The position numbers and the translations under genes were made by a program. From NCBI GenBank assembly GCA_016212885.1, contig JACRDO010000016.1, positions 8,255 through 72,254 on the forward strand: a stretch of 64,000 nt of DNA. Reading direction: 5' to 3'. The notes under the pieces are model-generated. The model was not told the DNA's origin and did not search any database. It saw only the letters and a list, made by a program, of their open reading frames with translations. The DNA comes from Elusimicrobiota bacterium (lineage in GTDB: Bacteria; Elusimicrobiota; Elusimicrobia; UBA1565). Shown here piece after piece: positions 63,301 to 63,974 of the stretch; the first letter of the stretch is position 1; each line of letters opens with the position of its first letter.

Positions 63301-63974
63301 GTGGTGGCCGCCTGGTTGATGTCCGCGATGTTGACCCCTACGCTGTCCGCGCCGGAGAGATTGTCCGGGGCCTGGCCCGAGAGCGTGCCCAGGCTGTTGT
63401 AGCTGACCCCGTGAACAGGAACTTGGACCACGGACTGCGGGGGCGTGTTGTCGAAGATCACGAGGGTCCCGTCGTCGCTGTCCGAGCCGGGCAGGGTCTC
63501 GATGCGGGTTCCCGTGTCGTAGGCCGCGCGGGTCCTCAGACGATAGATCTTGTTGGGCAGCCAGGCGAAGCCCACGGTATAGGTCGCGTAGTACACGTCG
63601 TACTGTCCGGCGATGTTCTCGTAATTGCTTATCGCGCCGTCGATCCAGTCCCGGAGGACGCTGCCATCGGTGACGTTCTCCACCCTGAAGCGTATCCAGG
63701 CGGGATTCACGCTGCTGCCCCAACTCATGCGCGCGTTGATCTGGGAGAGGCCGCTCAGGTAGGCGCCGTGCGCCGGCTGGGACACGTAGGAGTAGGGCCA
63801 GGCTGCCCTCTTGACGTAGATCGTCCTGCCCGAGCCCACGGTCTCGGTCTTTGTCCCGGTCTTGGCGCGCGTCCTCACCACGCACCAGGAGTCCGCGCTG
63901 CCGTCCTTCCAGACGACCGGGACATTGGCGTAGGTGAAGTATTCGGCGCCCTGCGCAAGGTTCCACTTGCTCAT
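30363..63974 (-). CDS. giant repetitive cell-surface protein (at least 11,203 aa) with a FlgD-Ig/T9SS-type C-terminal domain; probably 5'-truncated by the window
   Basis: A single open frame of 33.6 kb with protein-like T/S/G/A/N/Y/W-rich beta-sandwich composition, whereas all overlapping frames are R/G/P/A junk. The frame stays open from 63975 to 64000 (...GAWVPGLD-MSKW). There is no signal peptide at the listed Met. Confidence 0.9.
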   Translation of the reverse strand: MSKWNLAQGAEYFTYANVPVVWKDGSADSWCVVRTRAKTGTKTETVGSGRTIYVKRAAWPYSYVSQPAHGAYLSGLSQINARMSWGSSVNPAWIRFRVENVTDGSVLRDWIDGAISNYENIAGQYDVYYATYTVGFAWLPNKIYRLRTRAAYDTGTRIETLPGSDSDDGTLVIFDNTPPQSVVQVPVHGVSYNSLGTLSGQAPDNLSGADSVGVNIADINQAATTYWRWWITSGTWVTTEYFNPAAMPSTYTWTFSNVPPWANGKVYNVRAKGIDKAGNPEDAPARLNYSDPALNNSHTFRYDTLGPLTVITVPIDGNTYNSLPAISGTAMDYYSTPANGQVAINRDDNWGWTPTNPGDGWAAGLDQWFADSNFSLSGTSATWSYSFASSIWGTGRAYTIKARAQDNTASGNNQGAAAQVGIYFDTAKPTAWTSIPQNGMAYNGLATMTGTASDNLKLNSGAATIQVRLRRVNDSNDFNPALPSSWTYKTPADPTAIWLNANFTLALPSITSGTWTWSSALVPFNADFTYDVIARAVDVAGNVQTVFTSSTWKYDVSAPQSMVNSPPASPGFYNATPGLLTLTGTAWDTPAGSGVSDVKIMVQDLTCASTYWNTVAWQETSFWMPVTGIAPWTYTLTNPTYVDGRNYKIISRAEDQAINREGGGAGNAGTTFVYDITRPTATITFPLGGGFIAQSANVSGNATDKAKGEVGQVEVRIKRDSDNKYLKMSQGPTGDWVVDATSETWSAAVLSGSAPGPWTWFLSTAAWTTAVNYTANARAVDKASNMDLKYSTVTFAADFQAPTSIITVPPHGFPVSTLPAVRGTSVDNGPSGVSTVLVAYRRTTNGPGWWDKTTKLFSGTDGAQPPDAPSAGSAYWVEATTDTSIPVNWLTTGVSTPDWKNGNIYEILAAAADKAANMEARPGSALANTNRVSFSFTSPGPASTISQPIAGTPFYRPAAAALRGTANVPYATGVWVKLYDIGQGQPNDSYLCYDPSVQLWKSTYPVPGAGFDSFVPADYSAPPDWVFTIPAGKWASLHKYRMWSQAQGSPTENPPMGPREFWIDNAAPVAGIFMPDVNYKNYLPALSGTVTDDAQDPPYSAPKTAYFRVKRMQGATEQFWDNASTFTVSAVDCVSFQDITCLPASPAGLNTYSYTHAKFVDGSAFETNRQYTAQLIAKDAAGNSSLTPKPFTWDFTKPESGIVWPTLLQPVNSLATSSGSASDNYSVYFTSFAIKSLRNGKWYKPGAFFIESSPYWIGTSSDSSYNWWYANAQLNTDLGAFNTYYTLLSRAIDTAGNHQIDFTGAVSSRTFIFDNIPPAATITYPAHQGRYKSSQVGGSIYSFTGGVTDPNGPWNSGIRNVEIRISYWLAPNDTWYWQPTQVRFSSGTGVSNNGYFSVTDPNAWQSIAAVAWRPGVDTQYEIQARGEDASYQGDGTPVGNKGTPAALGADIADFVIDDTAPTPLLQKPAANAVNALTNISGTANGDLAGVSKVEVRIVRSADNWEWTGSAWTNSSNLYSTAALTGVNGNITWDYDDLKVVAGGASAFEADRKYKIFIRATDLAGNVRTPPGGGDIEFTYDQAPPALAITFPLSPPTMPPYSNNVESARISTMTAGTITDPGTNPTGVSKVWVAVSSGSAENMWWDNATGKFDHGPDPNIYWSTWVNVLGASWEYKPAAWSLVNGFSDAISYTVYVKAQDAAGNWVNNALTPGGSAPGQTQPFKYDLNRPTAAVSVPASGSNVNTPLASMVLSGTAKEWDTTGSGIARLYVAVKHTDGPTSGGNYQPLGWYNWATGEFQPTLDPGSNQTSNGWAMVSSAPITDLTLNVNWSTPVPAGIFKSSNTYRVTTLAMDQASNKQLTPTDPAIGAAFRYDVEAPLLRSTWPAVNANLNLAALASIAGTASDETSGASGLQSVQILLQSQQIGTKGYWNGGASNGLSDWDTDPATKYNQWRTVAPNPTLKTWALSFAPLSFLDSTKFTLWARATDYAQNTSAWPSPSQCDALKNADDSPALQFTYDDTPPMSGVRFPPVYTSSPSLSAITGTSVDAYEGVRSPSLLNNVKYRLKRSDNWYWQVLGGWSSVDPGLQNVDGGPVNPWTKTLLLGALEDGYRYEVHSRGQDNAQNIETPYHTFAFVVDLTTPVAKTTGPADGGFANASLTHISGTAEDRFCLLSGLCVPGSREFQAGLDVSSVSVAVQDMSGFCPILPTIMGCWWTGTAWSDTYTPIWSTAAFAGDSSGTWTFAFNASALQSPRTYKVAARARDRGGNQQQGVSVTSTTFTYDISPPTSFATLPMGATGQVNTITGTAQDATPGQLDKVKLAIQEIDCGSNPCHKNKYWNGVDWQDAKVYLASGTVEGGCAIGAICQWSFDPGQVAWDNRSTYTVVALAMDKAGNTKVEPGGPDITFYLETPAADVTLNQPPAPNWLHYNHNTAGQVNVITGIGHNLKKYGGVRLQIKRLAEPVRYWYDPSQAWTAEQGTYTAVNVTTTTDPMQWSYNLSGAVYSMTNSSYTLTVTGYNGANLPSVSVDRTYVIDEVNPTVQILSPAAPPCPVGFADGCITALPTISGTAVDPGNVNPPSIALVRARLKCEGGIADGKYWDGTGFNPLTPVDMVTSSTIAATTEWSTGTLAAPALIDGVNYAVYTWVQDKAGNRETSESAMTSFKFVYDKNPPTAFLLYPSSGEVYLDMNTISGTSFDPPGSNAPNRKSGVASVKLMIKRYDNNKCYSGTAFNILCNDPAAILPVTGIDPWGFTDPTLTGQLLSNTTYVITVIAQDAAGNAQANFLSPASSRTIKVDFNPPAAGYVKPAGGGKSYKPSDLDTLNGTAVDPQAQLYPGGDAIYKAEVVFWYLQGQTSYYWVNGSTINGTWFSSTTFEGAQWFQAAVSGGWTFNIPDYTKFISDKQYYGKVRARDKARTATGPIVGNQSIPSNTLNGIEYVDFIVDGTPPSSRVLRPAAGAFVKTLAVISGTSNADLSLAATYYLRITSGVAGAEPNWAFWNGTAWTNTPKDLPVKITGSTGTVLWEYPTDIAGYNTPPTMAAIAENTKFGISIQSIDKAGNVEPGATTQVTMDSIGPSVAITMPTEKFYASAQQTLPVISGTSYDFPAGTGRVELQLVQKASGSGGDGKTWYATGWKVDVSSYHVADGGNNWSFVGPPGSSMTWVNNKAYTLYVRAYDTAGNWVEGLTRDVVYDVVKPTAVISVPEAGKFYPAGQPAGLSGTAFDWVPATTVTEAMAGVKKVEIAIMQGGNYYQGTQAGGFTGSINYRPTSMTGDALGMGVMNWTYPPAGDQIPNWQHGLAYTVRARTVDLSGNMATGAEETLSNFTYDSQAPVTAVASPYHLQYITAFSSVTGSFVEPVPPTESGVDIVEIAIQEQGGTFWNGVGFSAYNAATSWRPVVVTAPKFTFTDAALTNLIKALTVTKGYKVYLYSKDNAGNQNRSKAAPPASGPSEMQVDFFPPVSVATFPVNNSYITGGVTPIRGTADDQSLINPMGAGASAVYLKAIRIDSAGTLRYWDGGGWNLPGDPGFNLMTTLAGGVGNIGSWQSQAFSLAENAFADGYRYQIASRAEDLLGTIEANVTTITFTVDRSTPLTAFSSPGPTGASLYISTSNFAFSSGTFIDPAVGGLIISSVNKVAVQLQDQSAGCHTIPSGNNYWEQGSGWKSTPQESTATLHASSWTFASLPQDWIRAADACSPDGRLYQLRIRAVDNTNNQGTFPGTLTSAVTLTFDGTRPQSFVVYPSTADNDTTSTLATITGTAFDPKINASSSGVRAVGLTIWSDPTNDAKNNCNNGNYWNQAGGSWSVGAPVLNATAFDPVTGIWNFTSGSIESTMRPNCFYIFISSALDNAGNWERVAAPPPADRPSYRRLRYQPPPALTGISVPVLSAVYNDLKSFQGLADEKTVRVEMQLQRRDMGTCWAGKTTLGVQGWVNCAVDVATATRVLYPFALSWGYPPSDEILPSWHDLNNTSFTLTVKGYNYANIAEDPPHTSDFAVDQTSPTTSLAYPADGAFVNVFPVLNGSVVDPLYAGAQLNPPGGGVAAGMKDPNGIKVLIKRLDNNLYWDQIQQVWGGTFFNSALYHPLGSSWTFTASPSTSVWIDGKQYGVQTRGIDLALGGVEPNTSEPTLFKYFIFDVSYPTAAVLSLAAGTTYSSVLTTGTVFDSAPGIIDSVWIQIKDHGTPANPNNPPTYWDAVNKVWKPSLYASTAAIAGSNWSLADLPAFANYHYYTIMSSAVDKAGNTEPQANLVVTKSSFSFFADTQAPTIAFSNPPNSDYFSNSLGNVSGLVNDPYAPVCAGVTRVSNPSDSDNVLVQIKYVAGGTTYYFDTAGSWNAGLSDANSWFSPFGYVAQGPSSGTWTYSNMSLSNSWLPAKTYTISARARDHAYPGRNLSSSYTLTNIVYDNTAPNAQTAGPGNYLPYKMVSVASGTVSDNYDGVNSVSVLISYVQAGATYYWNHVSSTFTTTYSAAPAVVAAPGSLGTAWSYSHAGLTSGAGDWASGGITNREYRVYAFATDRSSNTQTLTASTVTFILDNTPPSGDSSRPPAGANVSYGNNFYGPQNPLMDILGNSSDQPVYPPLYPLAKASKVEVRIKRYSGPCIGGGQIYWNGAAWSSNETSWAVVNGTDSWNYLGAGAALPSFDDNCMFIANTRASDRVGNLSAMTTQYLTWDISTPSAAIVTPGSLYINSYVPISGTASDPFSVIAGQGKGSGIRRVQAAIRDNAPAVMSWWDGVGFNISDLDHNGGLGWIDASTTTEVFPAGASFSLPTSTVGYLTGKSYRVEARAVDWANNMTTPVSSITFTFDNTLPTVSFERPPVQANLTLSSLPQILGAAGDNVALDRVELRIRRNDTGNYWAPGTFPPNFSIIEALSNTAWCPAAGTLNWSSGTWPANFFSNAVNYSIHARSIDKAGNAALYSASTFTFTTELPFSYVAQPSTYAVSAFTTITGTASDVVSTVDTARFYIGIQRIWDGKWYDDNTKVFSIQQANPSWIAVAIQATPPYLWNYVGLAQAKLENGLEYHIVTKSSNTAGKWEEMYDAHGNDWGNYWGTGRDRTIVFDQTPPNSGVVYPSTNAVLSAIASINGTAADNNPGAGISGPSSVTVSMREIWPIAGNYWNGGSGFTLSYERFFPVDLLTPTGGNAYNWSITGNLPAFTSGKMYHLRVFAVDDSRPDQNVQVLVASRTFAYETSLASIAVVSPAKNLSRNLVTAIVGTAADIFGVSAASIAIQEQNGAYWTGSTFTSPTAVWFSSMPPTGTAPNFNWSYSSATFNFQDGRKYIIRCRVLAKSSLVKEGDPIEFTFDTTPPNSDIEAPTRLSNAVNASPSGLYLNKLVVVAGTADDPTTPLGSGAMGGQISIRDTYPPGDKYWDGSDWNPYNADASWLSTTWEGPCGTKHFCRSGGFPPTSGANSFQTGHVYEIKARGLDNAGNVQTSLAQGATFTFDLQAPNVLIDARVLAVKAGENPGPIDDVQVSSTPPKYLNALTKIAGTAGDNNNISRVEFRFYWEVGQWWHNPTQPNPGFSSLNTDPEDSWQTSSDSSPLSSLLWASTGIPSFATKPGRYKVNVRAFDSAGNVLSYSTASFTFDDVPPISKSSSVADGRIINSLTAIYGTAYDGNGVTAVSPKIERASDHLCWNWQSNGIFAGDCSFFAQIVPAGSAGTDESWVQNADLPPPNNTVNGLQTGVTYYVTTRARDSALNFEAALTTVSFVFDSIPPVISVLTPGPGSAFASETGKGTVLNQLAGSISDSPSGVAPDVDESTWGVRYSMQDQITGLWFNGSGFTLGSEGQALRASESGWNNGGNWFKTIGSPSTVFTDGHTYKLKVLSRDNVGNAENQATKPMTSFLIDNTFPQASAWTPLGISNTETDAVTLLGSAQDVTPPGGGGLAQSSIAAPTDVLISIRQTIAFSNTAPGPSDYYWNGVAFSSSIAQPNDNGPVCTAPGVPTDCRWVLASTYDTASHGWIYTGLGSGATPWPRGKAYFVRTRARDRAGNLRPPADPDVPTPGYYFKVAAPAASFLVQTAQGPYTAGTAQNVTVTALDDQGQTANNFTGTLVFSSPDSGAPETPGNGLPVNYTFQPGDNGVLSNYTGLALRKAGARSLRVEQSGKPGVNGLVSGIIVDPDVPYSLLLRMPGQTLAPGTGSGRTGSVSISTAGVGFFASVYVTDKNFNVTPASAPPNIALTHNDPYAGPIASTSWNSGMMQVSVAMKSKRGNWTVPGVTLETQLSVSGAGAPGAWNSASLAVGANTASPMKNLLLRLPGEQLVPGSAMGKTAFPDEQQAASTFTATVYACDGFFNPYEPWQAHMSPQVWLGVNTPFASVDSTKTLTLGSTDYSLYLRAASSSTRVTAYTDTANYVESSTRAVIQPHSQTGQAWILQLLLPGQTPLPGSMAGSSGSLSALTAGVTYYATVNLTDQQYNVVTATTVFYDNIPYPIVRLDVSDPNMSARGFIPLGDQYKQGLVAGSSLFKFIAVTRTCPTCAQISLDIGAADSGDNLTAYSSAPAQHIQVNPGPVTHVQFLLCGQDPVGEKPSEGSLSGKTGIPGPFIAGNNYAVTIRATDNYWNRTSDLRKVALITNDPFAVVPATQPLSNGQLVASGFSPISATNALEVSAVDADLFTLTTQTISGLTVLPKPFNKLMVLVPDEKYIPGNPPYDQSASGGRIHILPSTAVPVGTPFTFTVRGTDPYWNTVDVSSNVTMTASDPQAAIPTRTLTLVNGATTFTYTPVRVGTHTVSATLPGVYSSTSNVFNAMGARLSLLIQGETPKPGDIAALGRQGSPDGNLGLVGVQNFTAGAPFNLTVRLVTWNFFPLPSGSPLTLTFYSDDPNAVLPASTTLNDSGESAFTGVKLASATAAGARIWVVAGNPDITPSTSSALYVDPNVPARLIALASGMSLMKGSQTGFAGAASAVTAGSDYPVDVLVTDAYYNPVTSISPVVRVALSDPNVPAIPDQTVTNGSTTLHISLRTNTVVDPVGGPWTLKVSKADDTLSSFTVAGITVNPGPPYRFQVLVPTETARPGSLNLLGRSTYSALGQLAASTFTITVNLVDQFYNRVKPGFDSTFRLFSDDPNHQLASFGDFTTNNGQWVTTHTYLVTESTVTGWRITASTATGDNVLAGDSTRFLVYPSTPAKLVVVLSGQVRRDGVGVSSAPASQIAGEDIHVTVYATDKGFNLTDYINKTGIRLTSDDSFAQSSWTLTMMNGVAVGTVTLRTAGTRSFSVLDQSGMDPLLAGIVSSTFTLTPSNPMRLRVRVPNQYAVPGSTVIPPQPYGGRGGTVIGQPAGSTMTITVEITDAFWNLTLGASQQIRIVPTDPHAIILPSTLTVTGVGLVDVVFKKSMPNQLRAEMLYDPQPWGDRLASDTSTVVNVTAGLPKNLVVVLPGEDFDPGSETGKSGVPNTANKAGDPVYVRVGIVDRFYNVVANRAADIRIKTPAGFPFIVSCPTAPINTAYGKTDPTALPAALLAAATWHQLLAEDYGGSGLQDSPYSSTFTVSAGEPYGLQLVMPGQISIGGLGTYPDGGKVGAVSTQTAGAPFNATVNLVDQYNNIVNPAPKVGADYLPSFNLWTSDAYDVEPSSVPMTASGSRQVQLALVSKTTSALVAVYPRAQDVDKVCTVNLLPNQVCRSAAESQANPAARSERFKVFASSAARLQVLLPGEKGAPGKCGGGASPYCRSLEPGDTPGKTGAPNAVTMTMPQSAFQVTVNLIDDFFNLATEISSTSVNWDTNPPSLMPKVALSLPSDTRAAQPPPAALQLGSWSFPIIPVAAVSTYSVVASTTPDSALDISSAASALFPVNPGPAHHLHFSGVPSSATAGQMIHFSIIAHDIFSNLLSTGPNLCLSTLTLSAEYFQTPQTPSFSPTLAPFYVSDGGVKTFINERGLTLKKAGSRWIRAALDDNPIVTSEVIGYSQRPSIFVAPSDAGSVTVLPGPTSQIVSVRAGSQLSPGMSEFTGQLSDVYNNPLISSAPVYIQIVGVYGSSGSLVYNEGAGWVASGATYTYTDMKGRIGNNGEPDNVNIKWGYIVSSKAGDYARIWIGTMTAPADLGPFLGEQRNLSGALLTTGGYPKHLVFVSTADAALAGADGLSGGEFTVGRLDDFGNPTDWLSTEIMLTLPSDEVAVRSRAGFAPGMPNTMSGDYGFAQPNQPYKYIDRVTIQETLTQIRFRYRDSMSSYAGASPEQNLGNGGRPGRWTLQMVPLAMDVSSVTFKMAIRPRDPKTLGFGNPVNRMVAGQIYDVDGESRRSFQVQVQDIFNNPVVATAPITVALSTAARRPSTVDDSFSFSASSIISAGALPAFEAPISSVTIPALKFETTFYYLDTTASSSYPPEESSRPVVGVSDPAGVLLSSAQFVNVLPDLVSRIAVPPLAHPTLFAGATSEMIVFEVEDKFGNPSPVKLGGGDGGGSKPYIEFTIRSNSIGDTQYSSPDPGSFIASTGTARLEIGLAATSFYLIDTRVTPSTNTPWELRVNTVQNRFWTVAAGTYTVNPGPPLTAQFTSPKRYLIAGTTVQLSTATQLPIDPFIQIDLYDQFGNISASSWAYHTLQVRSLNSTTTRAGRTPSKAIMGETSDWQRIGPGQSAFPVNIDINQTGARFYVWDTVVGTITLSVLVTRGQDGFIMPIVMQDNFITPNRADYITFHHPFTQYNPLHTGAPGVLARTVGGRTLGVALRDTFGNIAAGHPINKQYFAGNVLFGTSGSQVTLLDLTAGATLQNAHVFQGAADPTPGVFTGLQVTDFLVEDLVVSATAQAQTQIWGKTKDFGRAFNCDVPGPDPECPPIKADQRSDDNVFTAGVVFFPTDLAPEKNEDGTVKEAKSRLGQMRPVLRQGDGMTPASPDPVQMLRLTLSVAPSTANFLSGQLSGLQVRKTGRLAAEHVEEIALYADADDDGNFRYTGGAAGDVRIATGVYDNGYWYFGDKTRGQVPLEAADATRTIVTVAPRNFFLALRLKPTGYAEVELPSDLGLEISGPFFVMLTTASQVGVAGNNFAIKTATSPVEREAARINILGESISAWWAPSIDTTTRLPLSTYEYVNQGAGSVGMMKLKLWTEAYNGTIDRIRLTHNGTGLDQDVKHIRLFVDSGADGDPSRGNGIFEVSIDTEITPTAWRRPEESLCVNDPPGAKPADKTAFSQRAAVLSLCILDPTKSDAPAYQDAVARNTAQRTVSPSTITYFVVFDFASDATRDKTHGMQISGPADVIPLAGNGDVLPFMPYVSANVSVHATPDVAYVEAVDAEGAGRAPSVRTSVTQNDKNAPVSKLTIKSNGSAVWSGLKLDRWIHSRALGGFIKLTNKAMDVDDIKVWSDQKVWPDQNSNGLLDAIPDLAGNTTDQIVSPLSGIVHKFPVGTLKVEISSTTPSPIDVYVTRLSDFFPSDDPFPPTPQRLVLNDGQTDEDQKEIMNCPDVDFSANVWRNCTRAMEGTTQLSFSTGTPISGPARIPIIGLGGGQSITGGSRNFFVTFDVSPLATVSEEANLGLIIPNTHYFIIKEPKQMDTLNIGLPPAGKTRSLVGNVSEYADKLLVIATNTVDDPQIGPYFQQRSTGAVFSFLLQADIGDSLWRFVVVTATGSSAAAGRNQSDVDLVSAWADSNGDGVFQLPSGSMPGDILIGTGTFGNAGTPLQAKVILFTPETIRTLSKAQASQRYFIAYHLSPEAQTNDPGTQAPRTLGAVLKADAFPRPSPQVDDPAANAFSNPNEYDRGSPLPFTSKLREMIPSAQILYLKTTPMFSSSKGTFEAPTLSSPAAVPPDPGQPDAYWLISSSTGLAPGGATTYMTIDNELVSYDALGQVEYPAGSGTWVSALIGVHRGLLDTSAAAHGAGAVLAPSLEQGANNNAVVKLQGWAGGFQVQWNRMRLQFEIPPGLNVRDSDTSIAKLWKSVEPPEAPVFHRNNLTGVNGEDRVLAQGNIVNGVVIFDITDSKINAAYTLVPASTQTYFISVDIDQAARFTHKDLPVNQRNEAVGRCKPLETDFQLGPPGAGHKIFLVNSPFSPAFPIVPTINTLSLTFSRFAPNTAMQNASDVSLAKITAKTDRNTVRWSKLRFNHVPKETLDTDVTVVRLWEDADNDGQFTSTDTATDSHGAYLHLLSFGNETFSTGTVSVQFRQPIVVSTTPKSYFITFSFNQFAGVGTLEGLSVNDTSYVEIEVPHRVLLDPAPFETTPKVLIQEVPSWVTLGVYDWIFGNNISQVGQAESNVTFLRFNMATDVGLASWQNLRISRGGGSQDKDKLFGRNTDVSFVRLWKDINQNDVLDENDLNVSEANTLVISGSTLPPYGAVSSNQTAPFTLVVASTLGFPVNGQGRIYVGNTELMTFGGGYGTTQIGGALYPTLAILSRGDVLGGGPTPTLAHAAGAGVRKVDVFNQLNDQDLQLVVELSVQQTISPTAGVFFLTYDVGATAVKNDELSVDIIDKSWVGVLAPKDVSPGIRLNVSKLQARGTMTGEFPFRGSKVHITPLTLRFESRNLAPSAAMGGQTNVALGQVTMSVNSDFVRIAQLKLTQLGTVQERYPVTAVGQGDARSLSVWLDNGDSAFTPNSDKLIGALTHFGFPGGSGQFSGGTALVDLSVSSVPFLMVTTTPVNVFFACDVSTVDLAGRATIGDQIGFSIERFEDMFGPNSSELTAASHSSNEKQFPARSSLVRISTAIIPLSSILPTITIADVGEDGTHPCKGSGSPCFGYPCIVKRDGAGRVKISTETGRPVCDSLKWIGKDGKPWKSSGASALAAAPGQPAVNEPLVDINNDGSPDNFDFLNTGRRQFISLIGSDKPSVDVDGDGLLDLDINNDNIPDKVVDDGKGNPVYFIVDKDGKAMPISDQGLAMSAWNSNSTSLGLSWPIPSSTQGITGYQIAVGESFEKYESFTFGWRNVGSVTSGTLTGLALPVPKITRLAQPFGPSDASIKVEDTSIFFNQGKLVIGSEIVGALRVSNTEFQVLPGQIGCPGATGRGCLGTLPQQHLAGELVSDGMALVSVRAFTGPVSAPTGYIPSESGRPLIIYRIDTTPPTSPAAVRSLVPPGQASGASFVVTWNASRDDESNVMLYEIQELSGTDPVWHSLGAITAVKTGGVANNAYHVGNPASNPAEQPRQSGQLLSYRVRAFNYAGVASSWSAETESISVMTLPEPGITQVSNYPNPFDSRSGGTKIVYVLGEDSDVTITIYDLLGYVVRSISCPKGTPGGRVGKNEVPWDGRNGMGRLVSKGGYIARIKAGSKTAIRKIGVIH
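30366..30656 (-). other. giant protein: C-terminal sorting domain (FlgD_ig / Por_Secre_tail-like)
   Basis: The last 97 aa or so read ITQVSNYPNPFDSRSGGTKIVYVLGEDSDVTITIYDLLGYVVRSI...NEVPWDGRNGMGRLVSKGGYIARIKAG...IGVIH. The YPNPF...IYDL.G..V...V.WDG.N..G..V..G.Y pattern is the classic T9SS type-A CTD / FlgD Ig-like fold. Confidence 0.75.
30657..31019 (-). other. giant protein: fibronectin type III domain
   Basis: PTSPAAV...FVVTWNASRDDESNVMLYEIQ...LSYRVRAFNYAGVASSWS. Confidence 0.7.
31020..31535 (-). other. giant protein: FN3-like domain split by an insert of about 80 aa
   Basis: LGLSWPIPSSTQGITGYQIAV...(insert IKVEDTSIFFNQGKLVIGSEIVGALRV...GRGCLGTLPQQHLAGELV, about 31131-31370)...VSVRAFTGPVSAPTGY. 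Confidence 0.55.
31536..31811 (-). other. giant protein: cluster of DxDxDG-type (thrombospondin-3/dockerin-like) calcium-binding loops
   Basis: VDINNDGSPDNFDF...VDVDGDGLLDLDINNDNIPDKVVDDGKGNPVYFIVDKDGK. Confidence 0.6.
31812..32045 (-). other. giant protein: small four-Cys module
   Basis: GEDGTHPCKGSGSPCFGYPCIVKRDGAGRVKISTETGRPVCDSLKW. Four Cys fall within 33 residues of an otherwise Cys-poor protein. Confidence 0.5.
32050..37500 (-). repeat. giant protein: repeat family 4, about eight modules of about 235 aa with a (L/V)(W/Y/F)xDx(D/N)x(D/N)G loop
   Basis: Motifs seen: LYADADDDGNF, LFVDSGADGD, VWSDQ..NSNGLLD, AWADSNGDGVF, LWEDADNDGQF, LWKDINQNDVLD and VWLDNGDSAF. The spacing estimated from DNA positions 37360 and 32440 is about 234 aa. 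Boundaries are approximate. Confidence 0.55.
37500..40600 (-). repeat. giant protein: repeat family 3, about seven invasin/Big_1-like modules ending Dx(F/Y)(G/S/N)N
   Basis: AHDIFSNLL, SDVYNNPL, LDDFGNPT, VQDIFNNPV, VEDKFGNPS, LYDQFGNIS, LRDTFGNIA. Boundaries are approximate. Confidence 0.5.
40600..45960 (-). repeat. giant protein: repeat family 2, about 13 units of about 135 aa with an LLLPG(E/Q)...PG...GKxG...AGxxFxVTVxxxDxx(F/Y/W)N signature
   Basis: Examples: LLLRLPGEQLVPGSAMGKTAF, LVVVLPGEDFDPGSETGKSGVP...VRVGIVDRFYNVV, LQVLLPGEKGAPG...FQVTVNLIDDFFNLA. The upper boundary is fixed at the codons for GYYFKV (45948-45965). Confidence 0.6.
45960..63974 (-). repeat. giant protein: repeat family 1, about 45 tandem Ig-like modules of about 133 aa
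   Basis: Recurring frame: (F/Y)x(Y/F)DxxxPxS...(I/L)SGTAxD...SG(V/I)xxVxVxI...YW(N)...W...W..A...WxY...G..Yx(V/I)xxRAxDxAGN. I counted about 45 module ends by eye in aa 1 to about 6005. Confidence 0.65.

Noticed and set aside
32440-63966. Same-strand, out-of-frame ORFs within the giant gene (32440-34617 at 725 aa, 56374-58329 at 651 aa, 39544-40992, 37219-38601, 48415-49794, 54793-55803 and 63067-63966)
   Set aside because: Their composition is R/P/G/H-rich nonsense and they overlap the clearly modular main frame. I saw no slippery-site or structural evidence for programmed frameshifting.
28498-63974. A canonical Bacteroidota-type T9SS locus
   Set aside because: Only a CTD-type cargo and a PorV-like barrel are visible. 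No PorK/L/M/N, Sov or PorU/Z-like sequences were recognised in the window.
30363-63974. The giant ORF as an assembly artefact of a collapsed or expanded tandem repeat
   Set aside because: Modules differ substantially at nucleotide level, and four distinct repeat families follow one another with unique junctions and a unique C-terminus. I saw no long identical DNA stretches. Long-read confirmation is still desirable.
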